Shown here in pieces: positions 62,607-64,000 of a DNA stretch of 64,000 nucleotides; the stretch's first letter is position 1; each line of letters starts with the position of its first letter. The position numbers and the translations under genes were made by a program. The notes below the pieces were generated by a model that made no database searches, had not been told where the DNA came from, and saw nothing but the letters and a program-made list of their open reading frames with translations. This DNA comes from Octopus sinensis. Lineage: Eukaryota. The stretch spans positions 17,856,001 to 17,920,000 of the forward strand of contig NC_043021.1 in NCBI RefSeq assembly GCF_006345805.1, given 5' to 3'.

Positions 62607-62988
62607 TACTCTTTTACTTGTTTCAGTCATTTGACTGCGGCCATGCTGGAGCACCGCCTTTAGTCAAGCAAATCGACCCCGGGACTTATTCTTTGTAAGC
62701 CCAGTACTCATTCTATCAGTCTCTTTTGCCGAACCGCTAAGTAATGGGGGACGTAAACACACCAGCATCGGTTGTCAAGCAATGCTAGGGGGACAAACAC
62801 AGACACACAAACACACATACATATATATATGCATATATACGGCAGGCTTCTTTCAGTTTCCGTCTACCAAATCCACTCACAAGGCATTGGTCGGCCCGGG
62901 GCTATAGCAGAAGACACTTGCCCAAGATGCCACGCAGTGGGACTGAACCCGGAACCATGTGGTTGGTTAGCAAGCTACTTACCACACA
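62607..62988 (-). mobile_element. SINE family B copy (extreme 5' end missing)
   Basis: Reverse complement of family B. Confidence 0.9.
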
Positions 62989-63486
62989 ATGTGTTTGTGT
63001 ATTATTTACTCATACATATATATATGTATGTATGTATGCATGCATGTATGTATGCATGTGTGCGTGTGTGCATGCGTGTGTATGTGTGTGTATACAAGAA
63101 TGTATACTAGAAAAATCAGGCACCAAAAAAACCATACTTTCTGCTTCTGTTTACCTTTCAAGATTCTTAATTGTGTATTTGTGCGCATCCTTGTTTTAAT
63201 TCACACTAAGATACACTCACACACACACAATTTACTACACACACACACAATTTACTACACGCACACACATACATGTGAATATTAATGGCATGATACCCCT
63301 TTGAACACAGATACACATTTATTTCTATCAGTAAATAAAAGTGTGTTACACTGTAAAATTGCAATGTACTCATTATTTCTATATTCTTTTACAATATTTC
63401 TCTCTCCAAAGAGTAGTACATATTCATTTTCTGTATTATTTTAATGCTTAATTTTGAACATCTTCATACATACATACATACATACA

Positions 63487-63518
<32 letters not shown>

Positions 63519-63717
63519 CACAATCATACATTCACATGTATAGCATGTACAACATCGAACTATACATCTTAAACATATATTGTAATCATGCTTTCTAAAA
63601 TCTATAATATATATTATATATACATATATATATAAATCTGTAATATTTATTATATATAATATACATACATACATACATAAATACATATATGCATGCATAC
63701 ATACATATATACGTATG

Positions 63718-63749
<32 letters not shown>

Positions 63750-64000
63750 ATACTTACATAATATATACACACACATACACACATACATATATCAAGAGAT
63801 GAAAATACATATATTTTTTTCTTAAATGTCTTAGATTTAAAAATTGCACGAAAATTTTCATCGGGAAGTAAAATATACAATTTACACTAAAAATCTGAAG
63901 ATGTGGCAGTAAGCAGTGAAGAGAGGAGAAGAAAAAAAATGATTTTCCAAAGAAAAAAATATTGTTATTGATACATTAAATATCTTCTGCTGTTACAGTG

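Noticed and set aside
1-64000. CRISPR arrays, operons or other prokaryotic systems
   Set aside because: The sequence is eukaryotic (spliceosomal introns, SINEs, microsatellites), and there are no regularly spaced repeat-spacer arrays.

Overview
AT-rich, microsatellite- and SINE-dense animal genomic DNA. The repeat landscape and the MED13 N-terminus style point to an octopus or other coleoid cephalopod (inference only). The one host gene I can identify is the 5' end of MED13 (Mediator kinase-module subunit 13) on the minus strand: coding exon 1 at 32182-32250 (MSHPSPAGNGCSLEDCYTNLFAL), a 26,911-bp intron, and exon 2 at 5021-5270 (TDLCGIKWRK...ELWIFWYGD...). I did not find exon 3, which probably lies left of the window. 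A CpG-rich region at about 32.3-41 kb holds the likely promoter and 5' non-coding exons. A second CpG-rich, promoter-like island sits inside intron 1 at about 29.4-29.9 kb. The rest is mostly repeats: three recurring SINE families, CR1-, RTE- and L1/Tx1-type LINE fragments, hAT and piggyBac MITEs, Helitron-like ends, a 5S rRNA pseudogene, three decayed minimal hammerhead-ribozyme motifs, a ~735-bp palindrome built from a tRNA-Asn-like unit, and very long microsatellites. There is one 100-N assembly gap. Almost all ORFs in the supplied track are microsatellite or SINE artefacts. The best leads are a candidate alternative, hydrophobic MED13 N-terminus from the intronic promoter, the hammerhead motifs and the tRNA-like palindrome. 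All three are hypotheses, not demonstrated systems. Repeat boundaries are approximate unless a TSD or TIR is quoted.
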